From Octopus sinensis (taxonomy: Eukaryota), in assembly GCF_006345805.1 (NCBI RefSeq), contig NC_043019.1:28581360-28645359 (forward strand): a DNA stretch of 64,000 nucleotides, given 5' to 3'. Under the pieces are notes generated by a model, which made no database searches, had not been told where the DNA came from, and saw only the letters and a list, made by a program, of their open reading frames with translations. This document shows, piece after piece, positions 26,421 through 37,570 of the stretch. Within the stretch, counting starts at the first letter, position 1. Every line of letters starts with the position of its first letter. The position numbers were made by a program, and so were the translations under genes.

Positions 26421-27106
26421 TTGGGGATAATAATGCAGCCCCTCAGCACTCAGATTACTGTCAAATATAATATTTATTTATTCACATTGTTGGGAATTAA
26501 TCATGCATTATCTTGTAGTCCTGATGATGTGATTGCTTATTTTTAGAATGACATTGTAGGGCAAGTGTAAGAAGCCAGATCTGGTTAGTCTGAACATAAA
26601 ACAGGTAGAATATTTGGACCAGATATAGCCAGTTTACATGCTAAACACTTAATCATAAGCCAGTTCAATGAGAACAGACCAGAAACTTAACAACAACAAA
26701 ATCATTGCGCTAACTTCTAACCCCAACACTTTTCTCCAAAGCTGAACAATCAATTCGTCCTCATCTACAGACTGAATGATTTATTGATTGATCTAAGATT
26801 ATTCCATCATTATATTGATCACTGTTTATTTAGTGTGGCCTCTCTTCTGCACCAGTCAAAGTTCCTCATGTGTTGCTCAAAGAATGTTGCCTCATGAAAA
26901 TAAGCAGCTATCCCCCACAAAACCTAGTTGGTAGACGGAAAATGAAAGCTTGATGTGTGTGTGTGTGCATATATATATACACACACAATCTGAGGAGTCT
27001 CCATGAAGGAGACAAAAGCACTAATAAAAAAATTATCCAAAATTCTGACTGCTCCTTTTTCTTAATATATTAAATCTGAACATCACTTAAAACAATAAAT
27101 ATATAT

Positions 27107-27422
27107 AGGTGCAGGAGTGGCTGTGTGGTAAGTAGCTTGCTTACCAACCACATGGTTCCGGGTTCAGTCCCACTGCATGGCACCTTGGGCAAGTGTCTTC
27201 TACTATAGCCTCAGGCCGACCAAAGCCTTGTGAATGGATTTAGTAGATGGTAAGTGAAAGAAGCCCGTCGTATATATGTATGTATATATATATATATATG
27301 TGTGTATTTGTGTCTATGTTTGTCCCCCTAGTATTGCTTGACAACCGATGCTGGTGTGTTTATGTCCCCATCACTTAGCGGTTCGGCAAAAGAGCCGCAG
27401 TCAAATAAGTAAGAGTAAAAGA
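27107..27422 (+). mobile_element. SINE family A with internal tail deletion
   Basis: ggcaaaagag|ccgcagtcaaat junction skips about 80 bp of the usual tail. Confidence 0.85.
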
Positions 27423-27467
<45 letters not shown>

Positions 27468-28215
27468 CACACACACACAAACACACACACATAAATGCAC
27501 ACGACAGGCTTCTTTTAGTTTCCATCTACCGACTAGGCTATGTGGAGAATAGCTGCATATTTATACACACACACACATAATACATATCTGTGTGTGTGCC
27601 TTTATGTTTATGCTTGTAACCCACCACAACTTCACAACCAATGTTGATTTGTTTACGTCCCAGCAACTTAGCAGTTCAACAAAAAAGGTCTGATGGAATA
27701 AGTATGATGCTTAAAAAAATAATAAGTGCTGATTTCTCCAACTAAACCAATCAAGGTAGTGCACCAGTATGGCCACAGTTTGCTGACTAGAACAACTAAA
27801 AAATAAATAATATACCTGCCAATCAAGCTGATAGTGTCTCTACATGGCTCCTCAGTATCTTTTTTGTGAGATTGAACATCTTGAGATCATCCCATGTCTT
27901 TCTAGGTCTGACTCTTCCATTATTATTTGTCTTTATGTTTGCTTTCCACATTGGCATGCATTGGACGGGTTGCCATCATCGGACTCAGCACATATTTGAA
28001 GGTACTGCTCACCTTGCACAATGACTTTAAAACGAAGAAGAGTTGTGCACCATCAACCTCACATTCTTGTCTGTGACCATTGTCACTTCAGTGGCAAGAC
28101 CAGGTCAAGACAGTTAGGGATGGAGATGGATGCAATAGTTGACCAATATGTCTTACTTGCCTCATCGTGTTCTCTCTGCACTCGACAACATGTTGCTTCA
28201 AATGCCATTTCCCCT

Positions 28216-28646
28216 TTAACCCTTTCGTTACTGTATTTATTTTGAGATGCTCTGTGTTTCCTTCAAATACTTTAAATATAAGAAAGAATTTAGTAAAATA
28301 ACTTAGTTATCATTCAGCTAGTATTAGGAACATAAATTGTGACTAAGGTTTGATGGAAGATTTTAATTCAAAACTTATGAAAACAAGACATTTGTACTCA
28401 GAGCCAGAGCCAGTTTCAGCCAGGTTGGTCATCATCATCATTGTTTGATCGTGGTCAAGACAATGGAATTTACCATGCTACACCAGACTTCACGGTCCAT
28501 CATAGCATTACGGAGGTCCTGTTGCTGGCTGCCTGTATCCCTGGAGATTACATCAAGGTAGGAGAGTGTGCGCCCTCTGGTATTGCGAGTAGATGGCTTC
28601 CAGAGGAGAAGAGTAGAAATTGCAAGGTTGGTAATGAGAGGGTTAA
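28216..28646. mobile_element. piggyBac-like MITE
   Basis: TTAA-ccctttcgttac ... gtaatgagaggg-TTAA. Confidence 0.75.
28430..28624 (-). mobile_element. 5'-truncated RTE-clade LINE 3' end
   Basis: Minus frame AISTLLLWKPSTRNTRGRTLSYLDVISRDTGSQQQDLRNAMMDREVWCSMVNSIVLTTIKQ* runs into (GAT)n; TSD aggttggt at 28422-28429 and 28625-28632. Confidence 0.85.
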
Positions 28647-29280
28647 ACCCTGAAGATCTCTTCTGCAGAATCCATCATACCCGGTCTACTCATACTTATG
28701 TAGGTAATTTCTAGTACACTATTTAACCTATAGCTGGGACCCTTACAAGTGCTATATTACTCCAAGTTGGAGTAGATCTGGGAACAACAATGACTAAGAG
28801 GTGATTCCACCCTCTTCAAAACTCTGGAACTCCTGAACTAGGGCTCCACTACTGGATGCAGTTGTTTATAGTCATACCCAGGTCCAATATAACCACCTAT
28901 AATAGGCTGAGATGGGGTTGAGTGATGAAAGCGGTGGCACAAAGAATGAAAAGTAAGTGGATCTTGTACCAGTGGAAAGCACAAACAATGGTTGAAGAAC
29001 ACGGTAGAATAGGTGCAGTAACATCATTAGTTACATTGGAAGTAATGTATGGCAAACCAAAGAGAGGAAACAATGCTAGTATTTCTCAATGTAATTATAT
29101 TCATATCAGATCAACAAGAGAAATTATAAAAAATTATCATATCTGTTATTTGTAGTAAATTTTAAGACTTTAATTATGCGCTGTTCATTCAAAGAGAGAG
29201 AGACAGACAGACTACCTGTCACATATCTCCTAGGAATATGAAAGGTGATTTAATCTGCATAAAAAGCAAGAGGGAACCAG

Positions 29281-29439
29281 ATCGATCTAGTTCGGTCCCA
29301 ACCAAAAGTTCACCTGCTGTCTCACTCTGTCTCAGTATGATCCGCATATTAAGGATTCAGTTAATCCTTAATATGTAGGTCATACTGAAACAGTGTGAGG
29401 CAACAGATAAACTGTTGGTTGAGACTGAAATAGATTGAT
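29281..29439. repeat. Long imperfect inverted repeat (77-bp arms, 5-nt loop)
   Basis: 29281-29357 matches the reverse complement of 29363-29439 at 63/77 with no indels; looser pairing extends to about 29261 and 29461. Confidence 0.95.
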
Positions 29440-29499
29440 GTGGTGGTACCCTGTTCTTTTCGTTTAACCCTAGTTGGCCTGGTAGAGCAGACCTGTGAC

Positions 29500-30700
29500 C
29501 TGAACATTCCATTTGTTTCAGGCATAGTTTTATTTATGACTACATTATTTGTACTCATCCTCTTTATAAATCGGTAGAGAGCAGCAATATGAGGCAAAAT
29601 CTACCTGTTAATTCTCGAAGTTCGAAAGACTACATCGAGGCTTCCTTGTCGACGAGGTGGTGGAAAATGTCCGGCGCAGAAACCACAAATCGCTTGTAAG
29701 AGATTTCAGCTCATGACCTATTAGTAAATAGTTAACATACCTTTCTACAAAGCCAGTAAACAAATACAAGTGGAAAAGGATTCTTCTTGCTGCTGCTGTT
29801 AGTATCTTATCTGTCCCAGGTCATGAAAGCTTCGATCAAAGACGGTTGCAACCGAGGCCAAAGCGTCTCTTGGTATATCGAAAAATGACTACTACTACGT
29901 TGTATTAAGTTTCCTTCGTTACTGAACACGATAGGGTGTAGTGGAAGGAAACCCGGCTTCTATTTCTAGCAGGCTGAACGAACGTGTACAGGCCGTTAAC
30001 GCTGTCTCTGGGGGGGACAGAAAAGGGGGTAATAAAGTGATACCTTCGAATGAGAATGGCGGCTGTTTGATAAACCAACCGAAAGAGCATGTATGCGGTC
30101 GCTTAACCTACAAAAATGGAAACGCCTTTAAATGTAGTGTCTTAAAGAAAAGACACTGCAATGAACAATGCAGTGCCTGTGTGCTGGATACCAGGAAAAT
30201 ATTAAAAAGAAGAAGAAGAAAGAAAGGTCGAAATTGTCATGCCGGAACGTCTCTGTGACTATCCTATTCAAGTAGTAACAACTGTTGTTTGTTCGAGCAA
30301 AAAGGCACCATTGAATGAGTCTTATCAAAAAGCAAATGATGACGATTCTCGTTTGGGTTTTTTTGTACTTTAACAAATAGATTGATTAAATGACTTGCAT
30401 TAAAAAAATGACAAGTCACCGTGTGAGCTATATTACACACCAAACGTAAGAAATATTTATTTATTAACGAGAGAGAACCGTTAAAAATATACACCATACT
30501 ACATCATGTAAGAAGCAACGAGAAGAAAGTTGCTGTGAAAGTGTTGTAGCATTAATGCGGAGAATTACAATAGCGCGTTTATGGCAGACGGCGACGAGAG
30601 TTTCAAAAAGTTATTTGTAGCCGACAGTGGCGTGTTTAGTATAAAAATAGATCTCTATACATGCAGCTGTATTTCTTAACTATTAAGAATAACAACAATA
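29500..30700. promoter_or_regulatory. CpG-retaining, largely repeat-poor promoter/5' region
   Basis: Visibly more CG dinucleotides than the flanks, few SINEs, adjacent to a strong minus-strand donor. CpG o/e not computed. Confidence 0.45.
29741..30007 (-). other. Candidate 5'/untranslated exon
   Basis: Strong donor gtagaaag|gtatgt at 29740. Possible acceptor ccccttttctgtcccccccag at 30008, or a TSS further up. Contains uORF MTWDR*. Confidence 0.45.
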
Positions 30701-32002
30701 GTAATAATAAAAATAATGAAAGCATCAGGTTTTCTTCCTCTTAATGTTGTATCGTCTGATACTTTATAAATTCTCAGAAAATGGTTGCTTTTTTTCTTTA
30801 TTTTTTTTCTTTCTTTCGTTTTGGGGATCATGTTTAATTTCTTTTAACCATTTTTTCAAGTCATTTCAAATTTTCAACAGATTGTTTTTTGATAAATTTT
30901 CTCCACTGATGAAACTTTTTTTACCATTAATTTCTAGGTAAAATGAATCCGATTTTCGTCACCAGTATGCAAAACTTTTTTTTTTTTTTTAAATAATCTG
31001 GTAAACTTTAATTACTTCAAAGAGGCAGGAATAAATTTAAAGAGATCCCGCTTCTGTAATAAAATTTTCTAATAATTTAAGAGAAATTACTGGAAACAGT
31101 TTATTAATATTAATATACAACCAAAGAGTTTTATCATGACTTCATAGTTTCAATAACTACCAAGAATTTTTTTTAAAATAAGCTTTCCTGTAATTCAAAA
31201 AAATGGGTTGGGTTCTTTACGAGAAATTTATTTTTACAAATTCCGATAAATCGTATATGACAAATTAAATCTAACTTTTCGTGTTGCAGAATAAAGAATC
31301 GAGTGTGTTCCTCTGTAAAGTGTGCCGGACGCTAAAACAATGCCAAGCCATATTTGTGCTTCCTCACAAAAAATTACAATACCAGTTCCTGTGGAAACTG
31401 TCGGCAGACATTCAAAGCATGCATGCATTCTTCCACGAATGTTACATCGCATACCTATCCATAAAGAACATTTACTAAACATTCTACACATGTGAAACAA
31501 TGGGAATGTATGAGTGTGTGTTTATCAACTATAGAGATGTAGATGTTACATATACATACATATTTCTTTATTGCTCACAAGGGGCTAAACATAGAGGGAA
31601 CAAACAAGGACAGACGAAGGGATTAAGTCGATTAGATCGACCCCAGTGCGTAACTGGTACTTAATTTATCGACCCCGAAAGGATGAAAAGCAAAGTCGAC
31701 CTCGGCGGAATTACGTGTATATATATATATATATAATATATATATATTCGTATAATTACACACACATCTATACGCATACATATACATAGATATATGTATA
31801 CATATATTTTTTAGATATATACGGACACAGACCATGTGTTGGTAGCCAGATGGAAAAGATGTTTTCCTGGAGCTAAAAAGTAGAAACAACGCCCTGTTGT
31901 AGGACTGCCATATTGTGTTGGCAAACATACTTTACTGTGTGTGTGTGTGTGTGTCCGTCCGTCCAGTTGAAGAAACAAAAATGGAGATAAGGAAGTTAAC
32001 AA

Positions 32003-32270
32003 TTCATCATCATCATCATTTAACGTCCGTTGTCCATGCTGGCATGGGTTGGACGGTTTGACTAGGGCTTGTAAGGTGGAAAGCTGCACCAGGCTCCAGT
32101 CTGATTTAGCATGGTTTTCTACAGCTGGATGCCCTTCCTAACGCCAACCACTCCGAGAGTGTAATGGGTGCTTTTACATGCCACCATTTGTTTCACACAA
32201 CAGCGATTTTGTTCAGCTTGATTGGTCTTCTTCTCAAGCACGACATAAGGCCAAAGGTCTTGGTCATTGC
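32003..32270 (-). mobile_element. Family C copy lacking the 66-bp array
   Basis: Same tail and ctggatgcccttcctaacgccaacc motif, a single tgcttttacatg motif, then tcttctcaagca. Confidence 0.8.
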
Positions 32271-32622
32271 CAATTAATTTATTAACAAATTGATCATCAA
32301 TGTTTCTTACAGCTGTTTCAATTAATACTCAATAATTTAATTACAAATTTGTACATTAAATTTGCATTTATGTGACATGAGCATAATTTCATCAGAGAAA
32401 AAAGATGTACCTCGAGATGTTATATGTGGACCTATCACTTCATTTCATGATGTGTGTGTGTGTACACACACAAACATACACACATACATATATACATCAT
32501 CATCAAATATATTTTCCATGCTGGCACGTGTATGTATGTATGTACATGCATGCACATATAAATATATATACATAGATATACATTATTACACACATAAATA
32601 TATACGCATATATACAAGTATA

Positions 32623-32796
32623 TACTCTGCGATGACATCCCTCACCATTTAGACGGTGGAGTTACGATTTCAGGAGGATGATTGGGATCACGTGGATGAG
32701 AAAGGTGCAATCCAGAGAGGAGTGGACAGCGTGCTATGACCAGCGGTGTCAAATGGACGCTCGACGGACTGGTCGGTCAAGGTGATCAAGGTGATG
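32623..32796 (+). mobile_element. 5'-truncated RTE LINE 3' end with TSD
   Basis: PFRRWSYDFRRMIGITWMRKVQSREEWTACYDQR...*; tail (tcaaggtga)x2; TSD tacaagtata at 32613-32622 and 32797-32806. Confidence 0.8.
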
Positions 32797-32885
32797 TACA
32801 AGTATACATAGATATATGTACATAGTAACCATAAAGTCTGAAGACATGGGGAACATCACTAATATTCTTGTTTTTTTTTCTTTCA

Positions 32886-33080
32886 CAGGCTGAAAAGGCG
32901 TTTGTCTAATGAAGAAAGAATTTAATTGATACTACTCAATAGATGACAGAAAGCAGATGCTTTCAAGGCACATCATCCCAAAATGCCACCACCACTGTAG
33001 GGAAGGTGGTTAAGAAATTCAAAGAAATAAGCAGTGTAACAGATGAAACGAAAGAAGCTGTCGTGGTCAAGGTTGTTACC
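32886..33080 (+). pseudogene. Tc1/mariner-superfamily transposase N-terminal remnant (maT/Tc3-like HTH)
   Basis: RLSNEERI*LILL ... TTVGKVVKKFKEISSVTD across frameshifts, preceded by a pyrimidine-rich cag. Confidence 0.5.
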
Positions 33081-33860
33081 AGCACAGACTTTATTTACAG
33101 TGGCTTGGAAAAAAGCACCCAGTCTACATTGTAAAGTGGTTAGCATCAGGAAAAAATCATCCAGCAGCAAAAAGCCGTGCAGAGACAGATACTGGACCTT
33201 GATATTGTCCTTGGACACATCGGATCCTATCAAGTAGTCCTACAAATGCCAGCAGAACATGGCCATTAAATGATGTGCATGTGTGTGTGTATGTCTGTCT
33301 GTCAGATTGTCTAATGATGTCTCAGCTAGCTGAAACTTCAAAGTCTCTGTCAATGCTATACTTGTTAAAGAATAATAAATCTGCATTCTACAAAAGCATG
33401 GAGTAATCCTTCAGACTGATGTAAAATTGTTTTTATAACTGAACATAAAAACAAACATCAAAGGATGTATTTATATATATATATATATTATATAGTGTCT
33501 GTTGATAACAAGTTAGCTTCTCAACCAAATGGTTCTGGGTTCAGTCCCACTATATGGATGACACCTTGGGCAAGTGTCTTCAGTTATGTAGCCTGTCTGA
33601 CCAAAACCTTGTGGGCAGATTTGGTAGAGGGAAACTGAAGGAAACCCATTGTGGGTGTGTGTATTATTATATTAGCTGGCCCCATGCCATAAAAAATTAT
33701 GGCTAATTGTAGTATTTTATATGTAAATATGGATGGTAAATCAAATTAATACACTTGTCAACGTTCACATACATTCACCTGCTTCCCTTGTACACTCACA
33801 CAGATTTGAAACGCTGTTTAATTTTTCTTTTCAGCATTGAATGTTCACCATCTCACCAGT

Positions 33861-34367
33861 TTGAGGAATATTTGAAGGATCTTGGGAATAGGCAGTTCAC
33901 TAGCGGTCCCCAGCCGCAAGTATATCCCTGTTGGGAGAACGTCTTGTTTGCTGTAGATTTTCCACAGACGCACGGACAGGACGGGTTGAAGCCGCCAGTT
34001 GCCGGATCATACGCTTCTGTTCACCAGAGCCCTGTTAGCCAGGTGCGGCCCTGATACCGCTGGGTGTCAGAACAATCCGCCTTGGGTGGCCCTACCAGAA
34101 ACCGAAGTCTCCGACAGCATAGCTCTGACACACCCGTTTCACCCCATTACAATGAAAAACCTGGCTGATGACGGTCAAGGCTGATCTGGAACCCAACCTA
34201 GGCCCCCATATCTACGGCGCTCGCCGCTGGAATAAGGAGTGGTTGGAGATCACGCGGTCGTTAGCCTCAAATCGCCAGGCCTGGTCGGCGTTTGTGAGAG
34301 ATGCAGCATTGAGGATGAATGAAGCAAGCTCAACCCACCCCGGGTGAATGCCTTAAGAAGAAGAAGA
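33861..34367 (+). mobile_element. RTE LINE insertion with inverted 5' part
   Basis: Plus 34150-34367 encodes KTWLMTVKADLEPNLGPHIYGARRWNKEWLEITRSLASNRQAWSAFVRDAA...STHPG* then (GAA)n. 33861-34147 reads as a leader on minus. TSD atctcaccagt at 33850-33860 and 34368-34378. Confidence 0.85.
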
Positions 34368-34484
34368 ATCTCACCAGTCTGCCACCACCCCTTCCTTCCT
34401 TATTCATCTATCACCTCTTCCTTTCTCATTCATATGTTGTGACAGAGAAAATCACAAGAGCATTATTATTATTATATATTTCTG

Positions 34485-34743
34485 GCTTCCGTGTCGGTGG
34501 CACGTAAAATGCACCAATCCGACCGTGGCTGTTGCCAGCCTCGCCTGGCACCTGTGCAGGTAGCACGTAAAAAGCACCCACTACACTCACGGAGTGGTTG
34601 GCGTTAGGAAGGGCATCCAGCTGTAGAAATATTGCCAGATAAGACTGGAGCCTGGTGCAGCCTTCTGGCTTCCCAGATCCCCGGTCGAACCGTCCAACCC
34701 ATGCTAGTATGGAGAACGGACGTTAAACGATGATGATGATGAT
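34485..34743 (+). mobile_element. Family C copy, young, sense orientation
   Basis: gcacgtaaaa..gcacc twice (spacing about 63), then gttggcgttaggaagggcatccagctgtagaaa, ending cgttaaacgatgatgatgat. Another copy at 61780-62035. Confidence 0.85.
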
Positions 34744-35248
34744 TTCACTTAGGCATAGCAATACTAATAACCTGCTTTTAGAACTCAATATACATATGCT
34801 TCAGAACAAAGCAGCAGTTGAGTACAGAACAGTAATAATAAATTAAAATGACAAGGAAATAAGCAATTATGTTAGAGCTGTTTCTGCAATAAGATACAGT
34901 GCACGCTGTGAGTGCAGTGCATCTAATAGCAGAAACAGCTGTGAGCTAATGAACTTCATGACATAATTTCTTTTGTGTGCATGTGTGTGCTTATGTGAGA
35001 GAGAGAGAGAGAGAAAGAGAGTGTGTGTGTGTGTTTGTGTTTGTCCCCACCACCACTGCTTGATAACAAGTGTTGGTTTGTTTACATTCCTGTAATTTAG
35101 TGGTTCAGGAAAAGAGATCTGTAGAATAAGTATCAGATTTAAAAAAGACAAAAAGGTTTATGGGGTTGATTTGTTAGACTAAACTGTTCAAGGCAATGCC
35201 CTAGCATGGCCACAGTCCAATGACTGAAACCAGTAAAAGATAGAAGAT

Positions 35249-35285
<37 letters not shown>

Positions 35286-35297
35286 TGCATACATACA

Positions 35298-35845
35298 TAG
35301 GTGCAGGCATGGCTGTGTGGTAAGAAGCTTGCTTACCAACCACATGGTTCCAGGTTTAGTCCCACTGTGTGGCACCTTGGGCAAGTGTCTTCTACTATAG
35401 CCTCAAGCCAACAAAAGCCTTGGGTAGATTTTGTGGACAGAAACTGATAGAAGCCTGTCGTATATATATGTATATGCTTGTGTGTCTGTGTTTGTCCCCC
35501 ACCACGACCATCGCTTGACAACCAATGTTGGTGTGCTTACTACATCCCAGTAACTTAGCAGTTCGGCAAAACAGACCGATAGAATAAGGGATCTTTTTGG
35601 TTTGAATGGCAGTTTTTTCTAGCGGTGTCATATGAAATTGTCACCCATAATTATGACCCTAGTATTGATCTATTGCATTTCAATCTGTTTTAGAGTTAGG
35701 GTTCGTTAGGGTTAGGGGAAGGGTATCTTTTTTTCTTCACAAATGTAAGCTTACAAAGAATAAGTCCTGGGGTCGATTGGTTCAAATAAAGGTGGTACTC
35801 CAGCATGGCCGCAGTCAAATGACTGAAACAAGTAAAAGAATTAAA
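35298..35845 (+). mobile_element. SINE family A interrupted at 35587-35745 by an insert with TTAGGG-like repeats
   Basis: gatagaataa|gggatc...aaatgtaa|gcttacaaagaataag. Confidence 0.8.
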
Positions 35846-36484
35846 AAATACATACATACATATACACACACACACACTACTAACTCAGTAGTTTTCTTTC
35901 ATTAGTGAATAGCAATAATTTCTCGTCATTTTTCTGCAGACCAATGGAGAATTCAGCAGTATACTAGTGTCTGACAGTTTGAAAGCTGGAATATAATTGA
36001 AGTATCTATAAAACATGACATTACTATTTAAGCCGTTTTAACAATGTCCAATGTCATTCAAAAATGTCACACAAACTCCTCCTCGAAGCAGTCAAGGAAT
36101 GCAGAAATCCTGAAATATATGTACGTATTATTATTATTATGCACAAATATGGTGCAGAGACAAAAAATGCATAGTCACATTTCCTCTGGTTCTTCATGTT
36201 CTGAGTTCAAATTCCTCCAAGGTTGACTTTGCCCTTCGTCCTTTCGGGGTTGATAAAATAAGTACCAGTTGAGCACTAGGGTGAATGTAATCAACCAAAC
36301 CTTGCCACAAAATTTCGACCTTTGTGCAATATAGTACTAGAAAGGATTATTGCGAGCTGTTGGTGTCACTGTTTAGCTTCAAATCAATCTTGACCGATCA
36401 GATCAATGGCCAAAGATATTCTAACCATGACCACATCATCTTCATGGATCAGTGTGTCCTATTTTTTGAAGACAGTACTCTTCT

Positions 36485-36845
36485 ACTTGTTTCAGTCATT
36501 TGACCCTTTAGTCGAGCAAATCGACCCCAGGACTTATTCTTTGTGAGCCTAGTACTTACTCTATCGGTCTCTTTTGCCAAACCGCTAAGTTACGGAGAAC
36601 ATAAACACACCAGCATCGGTTGTCAAGCGATGTTGGGGGGACAAACACAGACACACAAACACACACACATACATATATACGACGGGCTTCTTTCAGTTTC
36701 CGTCTACCAAATCCACTCACAAGGCTTTGGTCAGCCCGAGGCTATAGTAGAGGACACTTGTCCAAGGTGCCACGCAGTGGGACTGAACCCAGAACCATGT
36801 GACTGGTAAGCAAGCTAGTTACCACTCAGCCACTCCTGCACCTGT
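36485..36845 (-). mobile_element. SINE family A
   Basis: Near-consensus reverse complement. Confidence 0.9.
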
Positions 36846-37000
36846 AGGCAAAGTCTCTTTTGAAAAAGATTTAACTTCTATTTCTAGCAGATTGAGCAAC
36901 CACACGGTGTCCTTGTCAGTATGTAATGCATGATTATCAACGTGGAACATACACACATTTGTATAATTATGCATGAAAAGTGAATTGTATGTATATGTAA

Positions 37001-37044
<44 letters not shown>

Positions 37045-37079
37045 CATACAGGAACAGCATCTAAATGCCCTCCACCTAC

Positions 37080-37320
37080 CCAGCCTGAGACAAATTCTGA
37101 ATATCAAATAGACTAATAACAATGACCAAAGGCCGATGATTCCTAATGAAGAAATGCATATTCAAAGTAAATGTAGCACCAAGACACAGGTAGCAAACAG
37201 CGCCTTCAAGTGTAGACTCTGCAGCTGGAACTACCACTCATATATGGCACTCTACAATCACAGCAAATGCCATTCTGCCAACAAGGCCAAGATCATAAGA
37301 TTTTCCAGGTATAGATTTAT
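37080..37320 (+). pseudogene. Decayed LINE C-terminus with C2H2-like motif (RTE/BovB-like)
   Basis: AFKCRLCSWNYHSYMALYNHSKCHS resembles the terminal zinc finger of BovB-type RTEs. Confidence 0.5.
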
Positions 37321-37570
37321 AGTTTTCCAAGTTTAATGGATGCATCCTCTATATATACATATATGAGGTGTAGTCAAAAAGTATCTGACCATGATTGTTT
37401 TTGCACAAAATAATAACACATGAGCAAAATCTGCATGGCTATTAGGTGGCTGCATCCTTCCTGAGCATGCACAAAAATTTTTGTGTCTGTAGGTTGCGCC
37501 ACTTGCCTGCAGTGAAGCGTTGAGTAGAGACATTAAGAGTATGCTGTGCGATCTTTCTTTTTGAGTCAAG

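Noticed and set aside
31290-31500. Cys-rich frames after a plus-strand acceptor, vaguely like a piggyBac C-terminal domain
   Set aside because: Stops in the relevant frame, motif spacing unconvincing, no TIRs found.
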